Source: Chrysomallon squamiferum (lineage: Eukaryota; Animalia; Mollusca). Taken from it: a stretch of DNA of 64,000 nt. Both the position numbers and the translations under genes were made by a program. Shown here in pieces: positions 26,020 to 40,597 of the stretch; the stretch's first letter is position 1; every line of letters begins with the position of its first letter. Under the pieces are notes generated by a model. It did not search any database. It was not told where the DNA came from and saw only the letters and a program-made list of their open reading frames with translations. The stretch is from positions 28,830,001 through 28,894,000 of the forward strand of contig CM022679.1 in NCBI GenBank assembly GCA_012295275.1, written 5' to 3'.

Positions 26020-29000
26020 TATTATTATTATTGTTGCAACGTACTGTAAACCATTTACAGTCTGAGCGAGTTAAAAATAAATGTTAATAAATAAATATTT
26101 TGTTAAAAACACCATCACTTAAAAAATATGGATGATTGTAATAATAAACGTTTTTTCTTCTTTGTTTTGGCAACTGAAGAAAGAGAAAATTAAGTCAGTA
26201 CTAATCTACCAGACTTACCATCCCAAAAAGCAAGCAAAACAGTACATTGAGCACTGATAAAACACATCAAATGCAATAAATATAAATGTAACATAAAAAC
26301 ACTATCTAATAAATATTAAAAAAGGTTATAGAGACACTCCCAGACATGTGTACATGCCACTTATATAAATATATATACTTACATAGCAATTTCCAAGACC
26401 AATATTTGTTATGAATTTGTGACAAACTAGTACTGCCAAGAGTATGCTTCTGTTACTTGCAGAGTAAGTTACTTTTCTACCTTAACATCCTGATATATTT
26501 GCAATTAATTAAGAGGGGAGAGTTTTGAACTTTTTAATCATTCAGTGTTTACAAGCCTGATCAAACTCAACATATTTGGCATGCCTTAATATGTTATGAT
26601 GTTCACCAAAACCAATTTTTCTGTTTAACTGATAACATCTGTCAGATATTAACTCATCTCACAACACTGATGTTATAAACTGTGTAAGTTAACACAATCA
26701 CAAAATTAACAGTCAAACACTGAAACGTGAAGTTTGTAGAGGCCTGGTTATTCTGAGTATGAAACTCGTTATGCTACAGAACCAATGAACAAAAGAAAAC
26801 AATTGTATTTTAAAAGACATGCAGTTAAACTCACCTATTTTTGATGTCTTCCCTACATCCAATACTGATGTATAAAAACAAATACAAACAATTTAACAAA
26901 TAACCTCATTTAACTGACTCACGATTTAATTAATAATAATCAAAACATTCATCATGCCAGCTAATTTTATAGCAAACAGGGGAAGCAACCCTGAAACAGA
27001 CTCCCATGTTTTAGATAACTTTACCCCAATATCATTTCTTAACTTTCCACAGATTTTACATAAAATTCTAAACTACCAGCCCAGTTTGCATCTCAAGATA
27101 AAAACTAATCCTTGATTATACATACAATATAATTTTATACATACATCAGTTATGTAGAACATATTTTATTATTATATTACATGCAATAAACATCATGAAC
27201 ACACACACACACAGATGTTAATACATATTCATGTTTATTGTATGTATAAAATTACACTTTGTGTGTGTGCATGAATATATATATATATATATTTACACAA
27301 AGCTATAAATACAAAAGCATGACAAACGCAAATGATTTTGACACTGTGAATTAACAACATAAATACTGATTTGTTTCTGAAAATTAATAATAATGAACGA
27401 CAATAACTTAACAGCAGCTGGTGAGAATCATGCTTTGAGGCAACATTTTGTGAAATTTATCCAACCATTTGACACATAAAAAATGTAAAATATCTCATAA
27501 AATATTTAAAAAAAAAAAAAATTATTAAATATTTGTATAGGTTATTATTATGAGGAAATGAGGGATGATTAAAAAAAATAAAAATTAATTAAAAAATAAA
27601 GGCAGACCAGTAATAGGGAAGGATGTAATAAACATTTTCTAACTATTATTAAATTTAAAAAACAAAATAACTTTTATAATCTTATATAATTCAAGCTTTG
27701 GAATAAATTAACTGATATTGAAAATACTGCATTAGAATATTGCATTAAAAAAGTAGTCAGTCAAAAATGTAAGAATCCCTGCTTGACACACTACAAAATA
27801 TTAGGAGATTTATCATCAAATAAATAAAATATTTTATTTAAAAATAAAAAAAATGGATCAAATAATAATTAAAAAAAATGTATTTTGATAATCCTGTATT
27901 AACTATTATTTAAAAAGCAGCTGTAAATGTTAAACTTGCATGAATACCAAACACTCAAGATAAAATAAAATTATATTTCAAAAACTTTGTAGTAAAGATA
28001 ATTGAAACTTACATTGCTTCAAATTTGTTCTATATTGCTCTTCATGTTCAGCAGAACAAAAAACTCTAAAAGAATATAAATAACATTATAATCAGACAAG
28101 AAGAATTTTTTATAATTTCATGCATCCAATATATGTGAATGTTTAGTGATAGCACTTTACTATGTTATCATGTTAGTGTGCTGTGGAATAACCTCTAAAG
28201 TACTGTAACTTTCAAAAACTTTTTAAAAATGACATTTATTAATTTTTTTTTTTTTCCCAGTTTATAGGTTGTTTTTGTTTTTTTCTATGATTCATGTATT
28301 TTTCTTCATCATACATATTATTATTATTTTTTGGGAGGGCCTTTTGATGTCTGGATTTAACTGGACCCAATCTGCACTGCCAAGTTACTTGTAAATACGA
28401 TTTTCGTCTTTCCTGAATGAAATATTCTATAATTATAAAGTAATTAAAAATATATTTTGTGTGTTTTTCTTAACTTTACAATAATTCAGATAAGTTTTAT
28501 TTAAAACTGGGCCAAAAAAACCTTAAAATATTCATTAATCTGGACATTAAAATCCTTGTTTTCAGGAGAAAATAAAAAGTGAAACAGTGGATTTGGTCCT
28601 AATCAAAATCTGCTACACAAACCAGAAAGATGACTAAATACACTGCACAGCTAACTTGAAATAGGAGAATAGTAACAGTAATTCAAGAAAACCTCTTAAG
28701 ATTAGTAATTTATAACTAGTTATTTGGAGTTTAGTAGATATTTACAACCTGTATAAAACGGTCTTTTTGTTCTTGTTTTTAAATGATACGATAAGTCTTT
28801 TGGTGATGGTTTTGTGGTCGGTTTTAGCGCAGTAGTAGTGAAATGAACGTCGACATTTCTTCACTGCACATCCAGCAGATGCCATTCCTAATGGGATTTT
28901 ACAGTTTCTGGTTTTCTTACAGATGAAACATTTCTGAAATAAAATACATTAAACTGAGTTATATTGTGATGATCTATGTATATATGTATAAATATGTGTA

Positions 29001-30187
29001 TGGGGGGTTTAGTGTGGAATGTGTGAGGTGTCTATCTTTATGTGTGCATGCATGTCTGTGTGTAGCGAGGGTAGGCATGCATGAGTCAATATAAATGAAC
29101 ACATATTATTTCAAAATTCAGCAAAAGTCTAATAATTATTTTCAAAAAATGTATATTTAAATATCAAAAACAGTTTTTCTGTTTTCCTATCATTTTTCCA
29201 TAATTTCTTAATATTCAGGAACTGCTTCAAGTGACTGTAATCTTCCATAAACATTATCTGTCAAACTATGTTATATATAATAAACAAGTTTAAAAATTTA
29301 ATAACTAAAAAAAAAATATATATATAAATTCAACCAGTGATTCTTTAAACATTACCAAGTATTTTGCTCTGTTCATCTCTTCCTGAACCTTAGATATTTT
29401 AAATCCACCAAAATGATCAAATTTATACTGACAGAGTTTCGCTGAATATTGCTGCAAAGAGACAGAAACATACTATTATTATTCTGATATTTATTTCAAT
29501 TTACTACACAATAAATGGATGTTCAGACAAAAAAACAAAACAAAAGAAACCCTCACCAAAATAAGACTGAATGCAGTGAGTAATCAATAACACAATCCTT
29601 CTAATTAATTTTATATTCAGAATTACATTCACTGAGAATTATAATAATATAAAATATAGTAACATAGATTACAAGATTGCATACAGGTTGTTTTCACACA
29701 TTTGTGTTATCTGTCAGTTTGCAATGCAGCTCTGCCATTTTCCTTGCATAGCACATTATTCAGCATGGCAGAAAATATAGCTGAATTATTCCACATTCAC
29801 ACAATTTCTTCCTTCATTATATATATATATATATTTATATAATTAAGCACATAATCATGGATGATTACCAACAGTCCAAAATAAACTGTAATTTTGTCAA
29901 AAGGAACATATCTAATTTTGCCTTGTGAAATTATAAGAGAAGCAAAAAGGCAGTTTTGTAGTGTGTTGATAAAATTCAAAAACTGCGATTATATGAATGT
30001 AAATATACACATATTAAACATAATATAAATAAAAATTCAGGTGCAAACACATACATACCATGCACTTCTGGTGAGCAACAATCCATGTCTGCTCCTTAGT
30101 AAACTGAGAATGTAGTTTACCACAGATTTTATCAACACTGGAGCCACGATGGCAGAAACCACACTTGAGTGAAGTAGAATCACCCAT
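22902..30187 (-). CDS. Extended-PHD (zinc knuckle + PHD; PHF6/PHF11/G2E3-like) protein of ~774 aa with an acidic/Ser-rich linker and an unknown C-terminal domain
   Basis: Exons 30187-30059, 29451-29356, 28933-28749, 28065-28013, 26864-26835, 25613-24885, 24722-24573, 24259-24073 and 23667-22902 are phase-consistent (2325 nt). The N-terminus KCGFCH..CGKL..VAHQKCMQYSAKL..FGGFKISKVQEEMNRAKYLKCFIC..ASAGCAVKKCRRSFHYYCA..VFCSAEH is the ePHD signature. Probable non-coding first exon ends at ~30664. Confidence 0.85.
25670..26032. repeat. TG/TATG-rich and (TAT)n simple repeats
   Basis: Directly visible intronic low-complexity sequence. Confidence 0.85.
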
Positions 30188-31373
30188 TGCAAGTCTGAAA
30201 TAAATACTGAGATATAAAATATAACAACTTCTGTGTGACTACAATATTACAACAATGAAAATAAGTAACATGTGAAACAATGCTATTGGCAAATATAATA
30301 GCAAATGATATATTTTTCTTTATAAAGGGATAATAATAAAATGTAAAAAGACAGCTTGCTTTAGAAAATAAATGTGTCTTTAGTATTGAAATTTTTTTCA
30401 CTTCTGTAAGAGGCAGTGGTATCAAAATCTGCTAAAAGGGATTTAGTTATGTTTTACTTTTATTTATTTTAACTTATTTTATAAACTTTATCATTAAACA
30501 GTTTTTACAAATATTATCAAAATATTTAGTTTAAACCTTAAAGTTTGTTTTCTAATGAATCCACATTCGTTCATCGATAAAGTTATTATGAAATAATTAT
30601 TAAACACATCAACAAAAACACAACAAAGTTTAAATAATAAATAAATGTTTTCTCAAAATTCACCGACTTCCGCTATATCGCCTGCTTAAGAGTTCCGATT
30701 TCTTCGTATCCCTTAAAAATTATTTATACTTTCTTGTTTAATATAATTCTATGAGGATTATTCTGAAAGAATAATTAATATTTGTTTGGTATAACAAATT
30801 ATTTAATAACGTTGAAGTAGACGTTTAATAATTTGAAATTTTTGACTGGTATTCTTGGAAAACACAAAATAGCCAAATAGGTCAAAGGTTATTAACGGGT
30901 TTTTCTTGATGTTGATGACGTACAATCAAAATCAGAGTGCGCATGACACAACAAAACACCCTGAGACTGGAATTAACTTCCGATGATGGCACTTATTCAA
31001 AGGTGTTGACTGAAATCATTATTATTTAGAAACGTCTGTCGAAAAAACCCACATTATCTTACGTGTTGTCTAGTTGCCTGTATAAATCGAGTAAACAGTG
31101 GGGAACAAATGCGCTAATTTTTCAGTTCAGAGCTACCTTTTCAGCCTTTGTTGGCCGAGTAATTATAACCTACTTTTTAAATTTTATGCAGGTAAAAAAT
31201 ATCATAGAGACTTTGTTAAATCTCTCTACTATTTTTTTTATTATTTCCCCCCAAGTTTGACGCAGACGCTATCCGGTGTATGGGTAAAGAAGTTCCTTCT
31301 AATAGATACAAGATTAATGGGCACACCGATCTATTTTTTTAATACGTACATAGCTCTACTTGGTTTTGTTTAA

Positions 31374-31374
<1 letters not shown>

Positions 31375-31420
<46 letters not shown>
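31375..31420. repeat. (TG)n microsatellite
   Basis: Directly visible. Confidence 0.95.
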
Positions 31421-31421
<1 letters not shown>

Positions 31422-31681
31422 TATTTATGATCAGATTGATAGTGATTATTGTCCAAAATATCTTCCATATATATTCATTCCACTTTTAATATCATAAACT
31501 TGTTTTTTTACATATTGCATACATTCATCATATTTTGTGAAACTGGTTAAAGAAATGTACAGTTTTCTTTTCGGGGAAAATTCTAGGTGCAAAACAGTCT
31601 GGAAAATGCCCGAAATGACTTCTTACTCATGCCCTTTTCTAGCATAATTCACCCAGAGCACTAAGTCTCATTATTTAAGAC

Positions 31682-31714
<33 letters not shown>

Positions 31715-31814
31715 CATGAAACTGATCAGTAAATGTTTCTCAGCGTATTTTATTTAAACTTATTTCTTTACAGGACAGAGATGCTGTCCGAAAAGATTTA
31801 CAAATATACCCTAT

Positions 31815-31845
<31 letters not shown>

Positions 31846-32514
31846 TTTTGTTTGTTTGTTTGTTTGTTTTATTGTTGTTCGTTGTTGTTTTTTTCTTTCT
31901 AAATATTCAGTTTTATATTTAGATAATAATAATTACATAACATAATGAAACAAACATGATAAATATAATTAACAAATATTAATTATGATAAATGTGATAT
32001 AGGGAATATAATAATAATTAATAATTTAGTTATAGTAGTTAGTAATTGTAGTAAATGTAATTTAAATATTTAAATTTTATTTTTATTTTCGTACCTTCTA
32101 TTTATTAATGTTTAATTTGGTCTAGAGATGAGAATTTGCTCATAACCAAATGAAATAAGTTATGTTATTTAGTAACAAGAGTTATTCCTCTTGGTTCATA
32201 CATAACGAAACAGCATTATTATTATGGGACGTAGTTTCGTAATTATGGTAATAGTGTATTAGTAATAACAGAAGTTACCATAGCTGTTGTAATTTTTGAT
32301 AGTGGAGGTTGTAGTAGCGGTGATTCTGCTATGTTATGGCAGATTGTGGTGATGATGATAGTTTTGATGGCGCTGATAATGACGATAGTATTCGTTACAA
32401 ACTATCTGCAGTGGTTCTGTTTAGTACTGAAAGTGCTACAGAAGTGAGATAGCAATAGAAATTTAAAAATTTGCAGCAGTATTAATATGTAATGTTCAGA
32501 GAATTCTGGGAACG

Positions 32515-32575
32515 ATGAGTTATTTCACGTTCCAACCACTGCTTTTCTGGGGAAGGTGCAGATAAAATTTCTCAT
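32515..32575 (+). mobile_element. SINE central-domain (Meta-SINE-like) fragment
   Basis: ATGAGTTATTTCACGTTCCAACCACTGC...CTGGGGAAGGTGCAGATAAAA resembles the recalled Meta core GCTATTTCTCGTTCCAGCCAGTGC...GGGATGGTGCATATAAAAG. A related piece lies at ~43440-43470. Confidence 0.45.
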
Positions 32576-32755
32576 AATGCTGATTTTTATGCTTTAGTTT
32601 AATATTTAAGATGTTATCGCAAAGGCGGTAGAATATAAGTATTTAACCTATTTTTTTTTTTTTTTTTTATCGCTACGTTTTTTCACGCACGTTTTCCGCA
32701 TTCATTTAGCTTGAATCAGCAGATTTGTGTCATTGCTACACATTACCCGCACAAC

Positions 32756-32758
<3 letters not shown>

Positions 32759-32828
<70 letters not shown>

Positions 32829-32932
32829 TCCAGCAAAATGAAAATACGCACTCTTTGAATTGCTAAGGATATTTCTGCAATTTTTGAAAATAAAAATAAA
32901 TAATTAAAATCAAAAATAAATAAATAAATGAG

Positions 32933-32983
<51 letters not shown>

Positions 32984-32985
32984 TA
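32759..32985. repeat. (TG)n and (ATT)n microsatellites
   Basis: Directly visible. Confidence 0.9.
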
Positions 32986-33790
32986 GTTATTTATTTAGTT
33001 AGTTAGTTAGTAAAGAATTTTATTTATTAACTTTATTTATTTTATTTATTTTATTTATTTAGTTATTTTATTAATTTATTTTTTATTTTTTATTTGTTTT
33101 TATTTTTTTTTTTTTTTAACTATTTAAAACAGTTATTTCGTAACTGCGCTTAAACAATTGGGCATGATCGTAGATTTAAAACCTAGAGTCAACAATAATA
33201 TTTTATTCCTGCATGTCATGTGTCAAGATTCATGTATCCGCGAAAATAAGCGAGGGGGGGGGCGATAAAAAAAGAAAAAAGAAAAAAAAAAAAGGAACAA
33301 TTACCTCTGGGTCTCGGAATGATAAGACAGTCAAGGAGAGAAAAAACGTGCATGGATAAACGTAGTTCAAACGACACAAACCTTGAGACGACGAGGGAAA
33401 GAACCCGTAAACCTAATGTTACCATTGCTGGAATGGCTGACATTCCTTGACAACATAAAACATCACATGACATGGTTAATCTTCATGCTATTAAATACTG
33501 AGACATGTCTGTAGAACTATCGTTATTTATAATGCTTTCAATATACACTACACATTTTTTTTTTTTTTTTTTTTTAAGTAATACTCAAGTTTTTGTCAAG
33601 TTTAGATCTTAAAAGCATTATAAATATGTCAGTTTGCTGTTGTGAAACGTTTTGAACTAGATTTCAAAAACAAATTACGAAATGACATAAGCACTTCCTG
33701 TAAAACGGTATCTTTTGATAAGAAAAATGGAACTGTGTAGTGAATTTAAAATGACTTTATTTGTTATTTTGATGTGTTGCTTTTTGTCCG

Positions 33791-33821
33791 TGCTGAGTCA
33801 CTTAGAAAAATGTGACCATGC
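33791..33821. promoter_or_regulatory. Upstream ARE/CNC-sMaf binding elements (TGCTGAGTCAC and GTGACCATGC)
   Basis: Perfect NF-E2/ARE 11-mer at 33791-33801 and an RTGACnnnGC match at 33812-33821. Confidence 0.55.
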
Positions 33822-33985
33822 CCATGACTGTTTGTAAAACTCAGATCTGCCCTTGCTTGTGATTCATATCTAGTTTTGATTTGTTAAAGATAATACAAAG
33901 ATAATATTACCTTAAACCCCTCCCGCCAAAAAACCAAGAACATATAAATAAATAAAATAAACAACAACAATTATTATTACTGTTG

Positions 33986-34053
<68 letters not shown>

Positions 34054-34639
34054 GGCAGTGGTGTTGGTAGTAGTAATAGTAATTAAATTAAAAATATAAA
34101 TACAAGAAAAAAAAAATTAAGAAAAAAAATAAGAAAAAAGAAACTGAATAAAAAAAAAAAAAAAAAAAATACTTATTTTTAACTCAACTATTTACGAACC
34201 GTTCATGTTTCTACATTCTATATGGCAACTAAAAATATTTTCTACAAAACTAATCTTATTTTAAGAAATTCAATAGTCTGCTTTTTCATTACGCGGGCTG
34301 TTGGCATTACGCATGAGCGAGCAAATGTAACGTCACAGTTGAAGAGGTCGCGACATCTTTCGAAAAAACGGGGGAAAACAATAGTTATGTATCTTACTAA
34401 CGTTAACAGAACTATAAAAGTTCAGCAACCTTTTCTAACCAGGCTGTTCTTTGCTTTAGAAGTTTAAAACAACTGTACTTTTAGACTTAGATAGACATAG
34501 ACAAAACAAAATCTTAAACCGATTAAAAGACTAAAGTTTTCTAATCGTTTCATAAAGTGTATAAGTCATCTGTTTTTATTATGATTATTATTTTATATTT
34601 AGGTATAAATCAATTCAATCTGTCAGTTGTTCTGTTGTC

Positions 34640-34672
<33 letters not shown>

Positions 34673-34751
34673 TAATTCATTATTATTCAATTATTATTGT
34701 TGTTGTTGTTGTTGTTGTTACTATTATTAGTATTATTATTAGACGTTGTTG

Positions 34752-34791
<40 letters not shown>

Positions 34792-34969
34792 CAAGAATGG
34801 ATGAGTAAATGACGTACACTCATTAGTATGCGGATATACTTTTTTAAGTAACAGGAGTAAGAGTGTAAATATAACTGTTATGACTAACATCATATTTATA
34901 GAGTCTGACTAAAGAAAGTGATTTTTCATAAACAACTTCGCTCAGGAAAAAATGTGCTGAACCACATCT

Positions 34970-35070
34970 TAGAAAGATGAGTAAAAATAATCCTTGCTGC
35001 TTATAGAAAGATGAGTAACAATAATCCTTGCTGCTTATCGATAAAAGTAAACTGAAGTGGGAACGAAGTG

Positions 35071-35136
<66 letters not shown>
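34970..35136 (+). mobile_element. Meta-SINE-like 3' fragment with an internal ~34-nt tandem duplication and (CT)n
   Basis: AGAAAGATGAGTAA.AATAATCCTTGCTGCTTAT occurs twice, followed by CGATAAAAGTAAACTGAAGTGG...CTCTCT; resembles the recalled AAAGATCCCTTGCTGCTAATCGAAAAGAGTAG...GAAGTGG...CCTCTCT. Confidence 0.45.
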
Positions 35137-35140
<4 letters not shown>

Positions 35141-35407
35141 AGTAATAATAATATATAAATGCTGTGTGTCACCCACAGTAATTTGTGACAATAAAATATG
35201 ACTGAGGTATCAACTACAAAAAATTAATATTTATTTATTATTCAGTTTTCACAGAGAAAGCCAAAATAATGACGTACAAACATATGTAAAGAAATGAACC
35301 TATTTAACATTTAAATAAATAAATAATTAAATAAATAAATAAATAAATAACAGCAAGATATTTACATTTTATTTCAGTATTTCCTGTTTGCTACCTTTTA
35401 CACATAT

Positions 35408-35441
<34 letters not shown>

Positions 35442-36712
35442 TTGATTAAATTGTTGTTGTTTTCTTATTAAAAAGAACTCGTTTACCACTCTCTCCAAAT
35501 GATCTTAGCTGTTACTATAAATATTAACAGATAATTTCCGGATTTATCTCCGGGAGGAGAAACAAAAAAAAAAAAAAATGCGATGCAGCCATGCATGATA
35601 CATTATTTTTTGGCGGTAAAATTATATTCACAGATTGGTTCGCTTGAATTACGCCTATACATAGCTGTTAATAATATTTAAAATAACTGTTAGCATTCTC
35701 CGAAAACAATTTTTTTTTTTTTTTTTTTTTTTTTTCTCGTTTCCCGTTTTTTTATTTATTGAATTTTTTATTTAAAATGTTCTAAATTTTTTATTCATTT
35801 ATTTATTTATTTGTTTGTTTGCAAATTTAAACGTAACTACTGATGTAAAATTTTACTGTTTAAATTGATTATGGCTGAAGCGTGGGAGTTGTATTATTAA
35901 CAAACAACCCAAGTATTTGTATTTGTATACGCATAAGTTTATTTTGTTATCAGGATAATTAAATATGACTACAATTTATCAAGTTTGTGTAGTCATTTTC
36001 CTTTCGTCGTGAATTTTCATAACAACAAAAAACTGAATTTTCAGTCAAATATGATTATTATAATTATTGTTGTTCTAATCATTATAATATTGTTATAGTA
36101 CCAATAGTAGTAGCTGTTGTTATTTAACAAGAAGAGTAAGAATAATAAGAATTTTAGTTGTGTCAATTTATCTTTACTGTTTTGTATTTGTAAAATTATT
36201 TATCGTTGACAGTCAGACAGATAAACAACTGTCTTCTTCGTTTGTATTTTTTGTATTTTAAAAAAAAAAAAAAAAATTCCCAGACGTGCACAATCACATA
36301 CGTTCCGTGTCTGGATTTGCCAGCAGGCTAAATTATACCAGATAGCGCTTACGTGCTTTTAACACACACCCGCCCTCCCGCCCTCCCGCGCTTCTCTGTA
36401 ACAGAAATAAACAGTCCGTATCATATAACAAGGTATCAAAGGTGTTTTATGTTGTTGCGAGGTATGCATAACATACCTCGTAGCAACATGAATGATGTTT
36501 TATTTTTGAAATGCAGTCAACTCTGGAGCATGCGCACCTAAAATCGCTAAATGAAAAACAAGTTGTGACCTTACATTCCTCATTTCATCACGTGCTCGTA
36601 AATACCGCGTGATATCACGGTCACCATGTCCTAGCCTAGTTTATCAGCGCCATTGAACTTTTTTCCTCATGCTTTGTCTGATGGCGTTGTTTTTTTCTTT
36701 AAATTTCTTCTT

Positions 36713-36747
<35 letters not shown>

Positions 36748-36752
36748 GTATG

Positions 36753-36783
<31 letters not shown>

Positions 36784-36936
36784 GTATATGTTTGTGTGTG
36801 GGTGTTTGTGTTTGTGTGTGTGTGTGTGTGTGTCTTTATTATTATTGCTACTGGTATTATTCATTCATTCATTTATGTATCAACTATAATTAAATAAAGA
36901 AAAGAAAAAATACTGTTGATATTTTTGTGTGTCTGG

Positions 36937-36967
<31 letters not shown>

Positions 36968-37142
36968 ATTTTATTCGTTGCGTTATTTATTTATTTATTT
37001 ATACTCAGATTTTAAATTATGCTTTTCGCATTTTTTTTTAAATTTTCTTTTATATTTATTTTAAATTTTATATATATATATATATCTATATATGTATGTG
37101 TGAGTGTATATGTGTATATATATATATATTATATTATACTTC

Positions 37143-37192
<50 letters not shown>

Positions 37193-37892
37193 CTACGGTC
37201 ATTTAGTTATTATCAGGTCTAGTTCGGCTAACTGTATATGATACGATTATCGTCTGCGTCTAACACCGTGCTGGTGATAGTAATATTAGCAGACGACAGA
37301 CTCGAGATTGCATCAGCTATTGGTTTTGAAACGAAGCGTTCCAGGAAGGGAAAGTTGCGCAAACAACAAATAAATGTTTTGCTAATCAGCAACAAACTAC
37401 TGCGTTAAATATTACTGCGTTGTTGTATTTCACGAAGGAAAATTATTTGCAGAATATTTATAATGCAGGCATTAACCTAGAAATTTAAAAAAAATGATTT
37501 ACAAATAATCGCGAAACAGTGATTGTTGTGTTGCTGTTGTTTTATTTTTATTTTTAATTTATTTATTTATTTATTTAATTTTCTCCCTTTATGGAGAAGA
37601 TATAACAAATAACCCTAATAAAAATAATAATAAAAACAACAACAATAACAAATGCAATAATAATAAAAGATAAGAAATAATTAAATAAATAACTATTAAT
37701 TAATTAGCCCTTGTTTGTGTTATTAATCAAAGGAAAGAGAGAGAAAATGAATATTGCTTTATTGAAATGTTCGTTTTTCTTCTTTAATAAAGTAATATTT
37801 AAAAAAAAAACTAAACTGAAAAAAAAAAAAAATAAAAAAAAAAAAAAATTCAGGGTCAGACGAAGCAATGTAATTAGTACAGACATATCTAA

Positions 37893-37926
<34 letters not shown>

Positions 37927-37967
37927 AACAAAAAGAATAAACAGTTGAATGAAACAGCTAAGTTTCC

Positions 37968-38192
37968 TACAACAACAACAACAACAACAACAGCTACTAC
38001 TACCATCATCACTACCTCTTCTACTGTTAATACCGCCTGCACTACTACTTCTACTACACTTGTTACTGCTTCAACTACATCTAACGTGACTTCAGCGACA
38101 ATTTCTACCTCTGCTATTACTATCATTACCTCTACTATTTCTACTACTACTACTGCACTGCTACTACTGCTACTACTGCTGCTACTGCTACA
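37968..38192. repeat. (ACA)n/(ACT)n degenerate trinucleotide tract
   Basis: Directly visible; gives poly-T, poly-V and poly-L pseudo-ORFs. Confidence 0.85.
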
Positions 38193-38432
38193 ACTAAAAC
38201 TAAAAATAATTTTATATCCTGTGAACAGCCTAAGAGTACATAACCTAGTGGTCAGAGTTTATTCACTGATGAAAAACGAGTCATGAGTGGCAAAACCAAT
38301 ATAAACAGACGTACGTACACATAAAACAAATACACAGATACACAAACGTGTGATATTCACGTGTAAGCGAATTTACATGTCGCTTCTCTTTACACAAATA
38401 TATATTTATAAATGTTTATGTCTATAACGAAA

Positions 38433-38476
<44 letters not shown>

Positions 38477-38696
38477 AATGAATTTCAGTCTAACAACATA
38501 TATTATAAACTAACTCGACCACTAACAGTAAATAACAACAAATAGCTGCGAATGAATGTTTTAGTACTGTTTGTTATTTTCCATTATTGGTCCACTTAGT
38601 ACATCATAAATCTTGTTAACTTGCTTGTTTAGCGTAACGTTAAATTACAGATGATGATGATGATAATGACGATCGTAATACTAATGATACTAATGA

Positions 38697-38737
<41 letters not shown>

Positions 38738-38858
38738 ATAATATGGTTGACTTGCCAGACATGGGGAACAGTTCCTGTAATACTGTGGCAAGGGCGTGGT
38801 TTGACAAGAGTGGTTTCATTTTTCATACTTATTTCCAACACCAGTAAAGTATTTAAAA

Positions 38859-38914
<56 letters not shown>

Positions 38915-39000
38915 CAACAAAAGTAACTGCAGAAAATAAATAAATAGCAAAAGGGTTAGTAGTAGTAGTAGTAGTAGTAGCAGTAGTAGTAGAAGTAAAC

Positions 39001-39047
<47 letters not shown>

Positions 39048-40597
39048 GTGACAGAGTTGTATTTGAAAATGTAATAAAATCGCAACCTTTTAAATTTATC
39101 ATATCAAATAAAAATAAATTTTATTTTATTTAAACTTGACACTGACATAGAAAAAACAGCTACTTTTGGTCCAGTATTACAAATTACACACACACACACA
39201 CACACACATTACATAAACACAAACACATACTTAAATAAATATATACCTAAATTCATACGTAAACTAACAAAAACAAAAAGAAACATATAAGATTACAGAA
39301 AATTAATAAAGTGTTTAGCCAAACCAGTTATTTGTAGAAAGAGCTATTTTAGAATTTGGAAAACGGGTTTTGATTTATTATATCAGTAATCTAGAACAGC
39401 ATAGCCGTTATTTCTGATTTCCTCGCTTGTCGGTTACTTTCTAACGGGTTTTGTGAAACTGTAGCAATCCGCGGGTCTCTACGTATTCACAACCATCCGT
39501 TAATTTGTCGTTAAGTTACAAGTTTGTAAACGAAACTTACGAATAAAAGCCAAACACCAGCCGACATACTTTAAATACAATATCTGCACTTTCAGCCTTT
39601 CGTACTTTTACTTAAAACCCATTAGATACGTTTTTGTATTATTTATTTTTGTTATTTTTGCTATTATTATTATTATTATTGTTGTTGTTGTTGTTGTTGT
39701 TGTTAGTGGTAGTAGTAGTAGCAGTAGTACTAGTAGTGGCGGTATTATTATTGTTGCCTTCTATATTCACAATTAATAAATTAACTAATTGGCTCTCTTT
39801 TTCTGTCATTCACGCTTTAATTCCTTCCTTCCTTCCTCTCTGTTTATGAGTGTTTCTCTCTTGCACGTATATTCAAACGCACATTAAATGCAGTAAATTT
39901 ACACAGTCGCTAACGTATTCATGTGTTTGTTTCATACTCAAAATATATTTTTAAATTTTTTAAACTAATTTTTTTTTTTTTAATTTTTTATTTATTTATT
40001 TATTTATATTTTTAAATACATGCATTATATATATATATATATGAATTAATTAATTTTATTTATTTGTTTACATTTATTCATTTAGGCTTATTTATTTCCG
40101 ACGAATGTTAATTAGGCCTACTTTCTCTTTGGTAAGTGAAATTAAGAAAATTAAAATGAACAAAAATAAACATAAACAATTATTAAAAAAAAAAAAAAAA
40201 ACAAGTAAGATTAAAGGGATTAGGACTAATTTTATTTAATTGTTTTAACATGCATCGCTTTCAGTTAAGAAAGACTAAATAATAATAATACCAACAAAAA
40301 CTAAATTAATAAATAAATAATAACAATAAAATAAAATTAAAATGTAATTTTATAATTAATTGACATACAGTAAAATTAATAAATTAATATTAAATAAAGG
40401 ACAATACCCTCCCCAAAAACAACAACAATAAAACAAAACATTGAAAACTTTTAAAATATATACAAACCAATAATGAAAGGAAAGAAAAATAATAGTAGTC
40501 TTATGTAAAGCCGTCTTTACGTAACTAAATTAATTCTTTTAAATAAATAATTTCAACGCACAAATACTTCCTGACAATATAAGGAAAATTCAATTGT

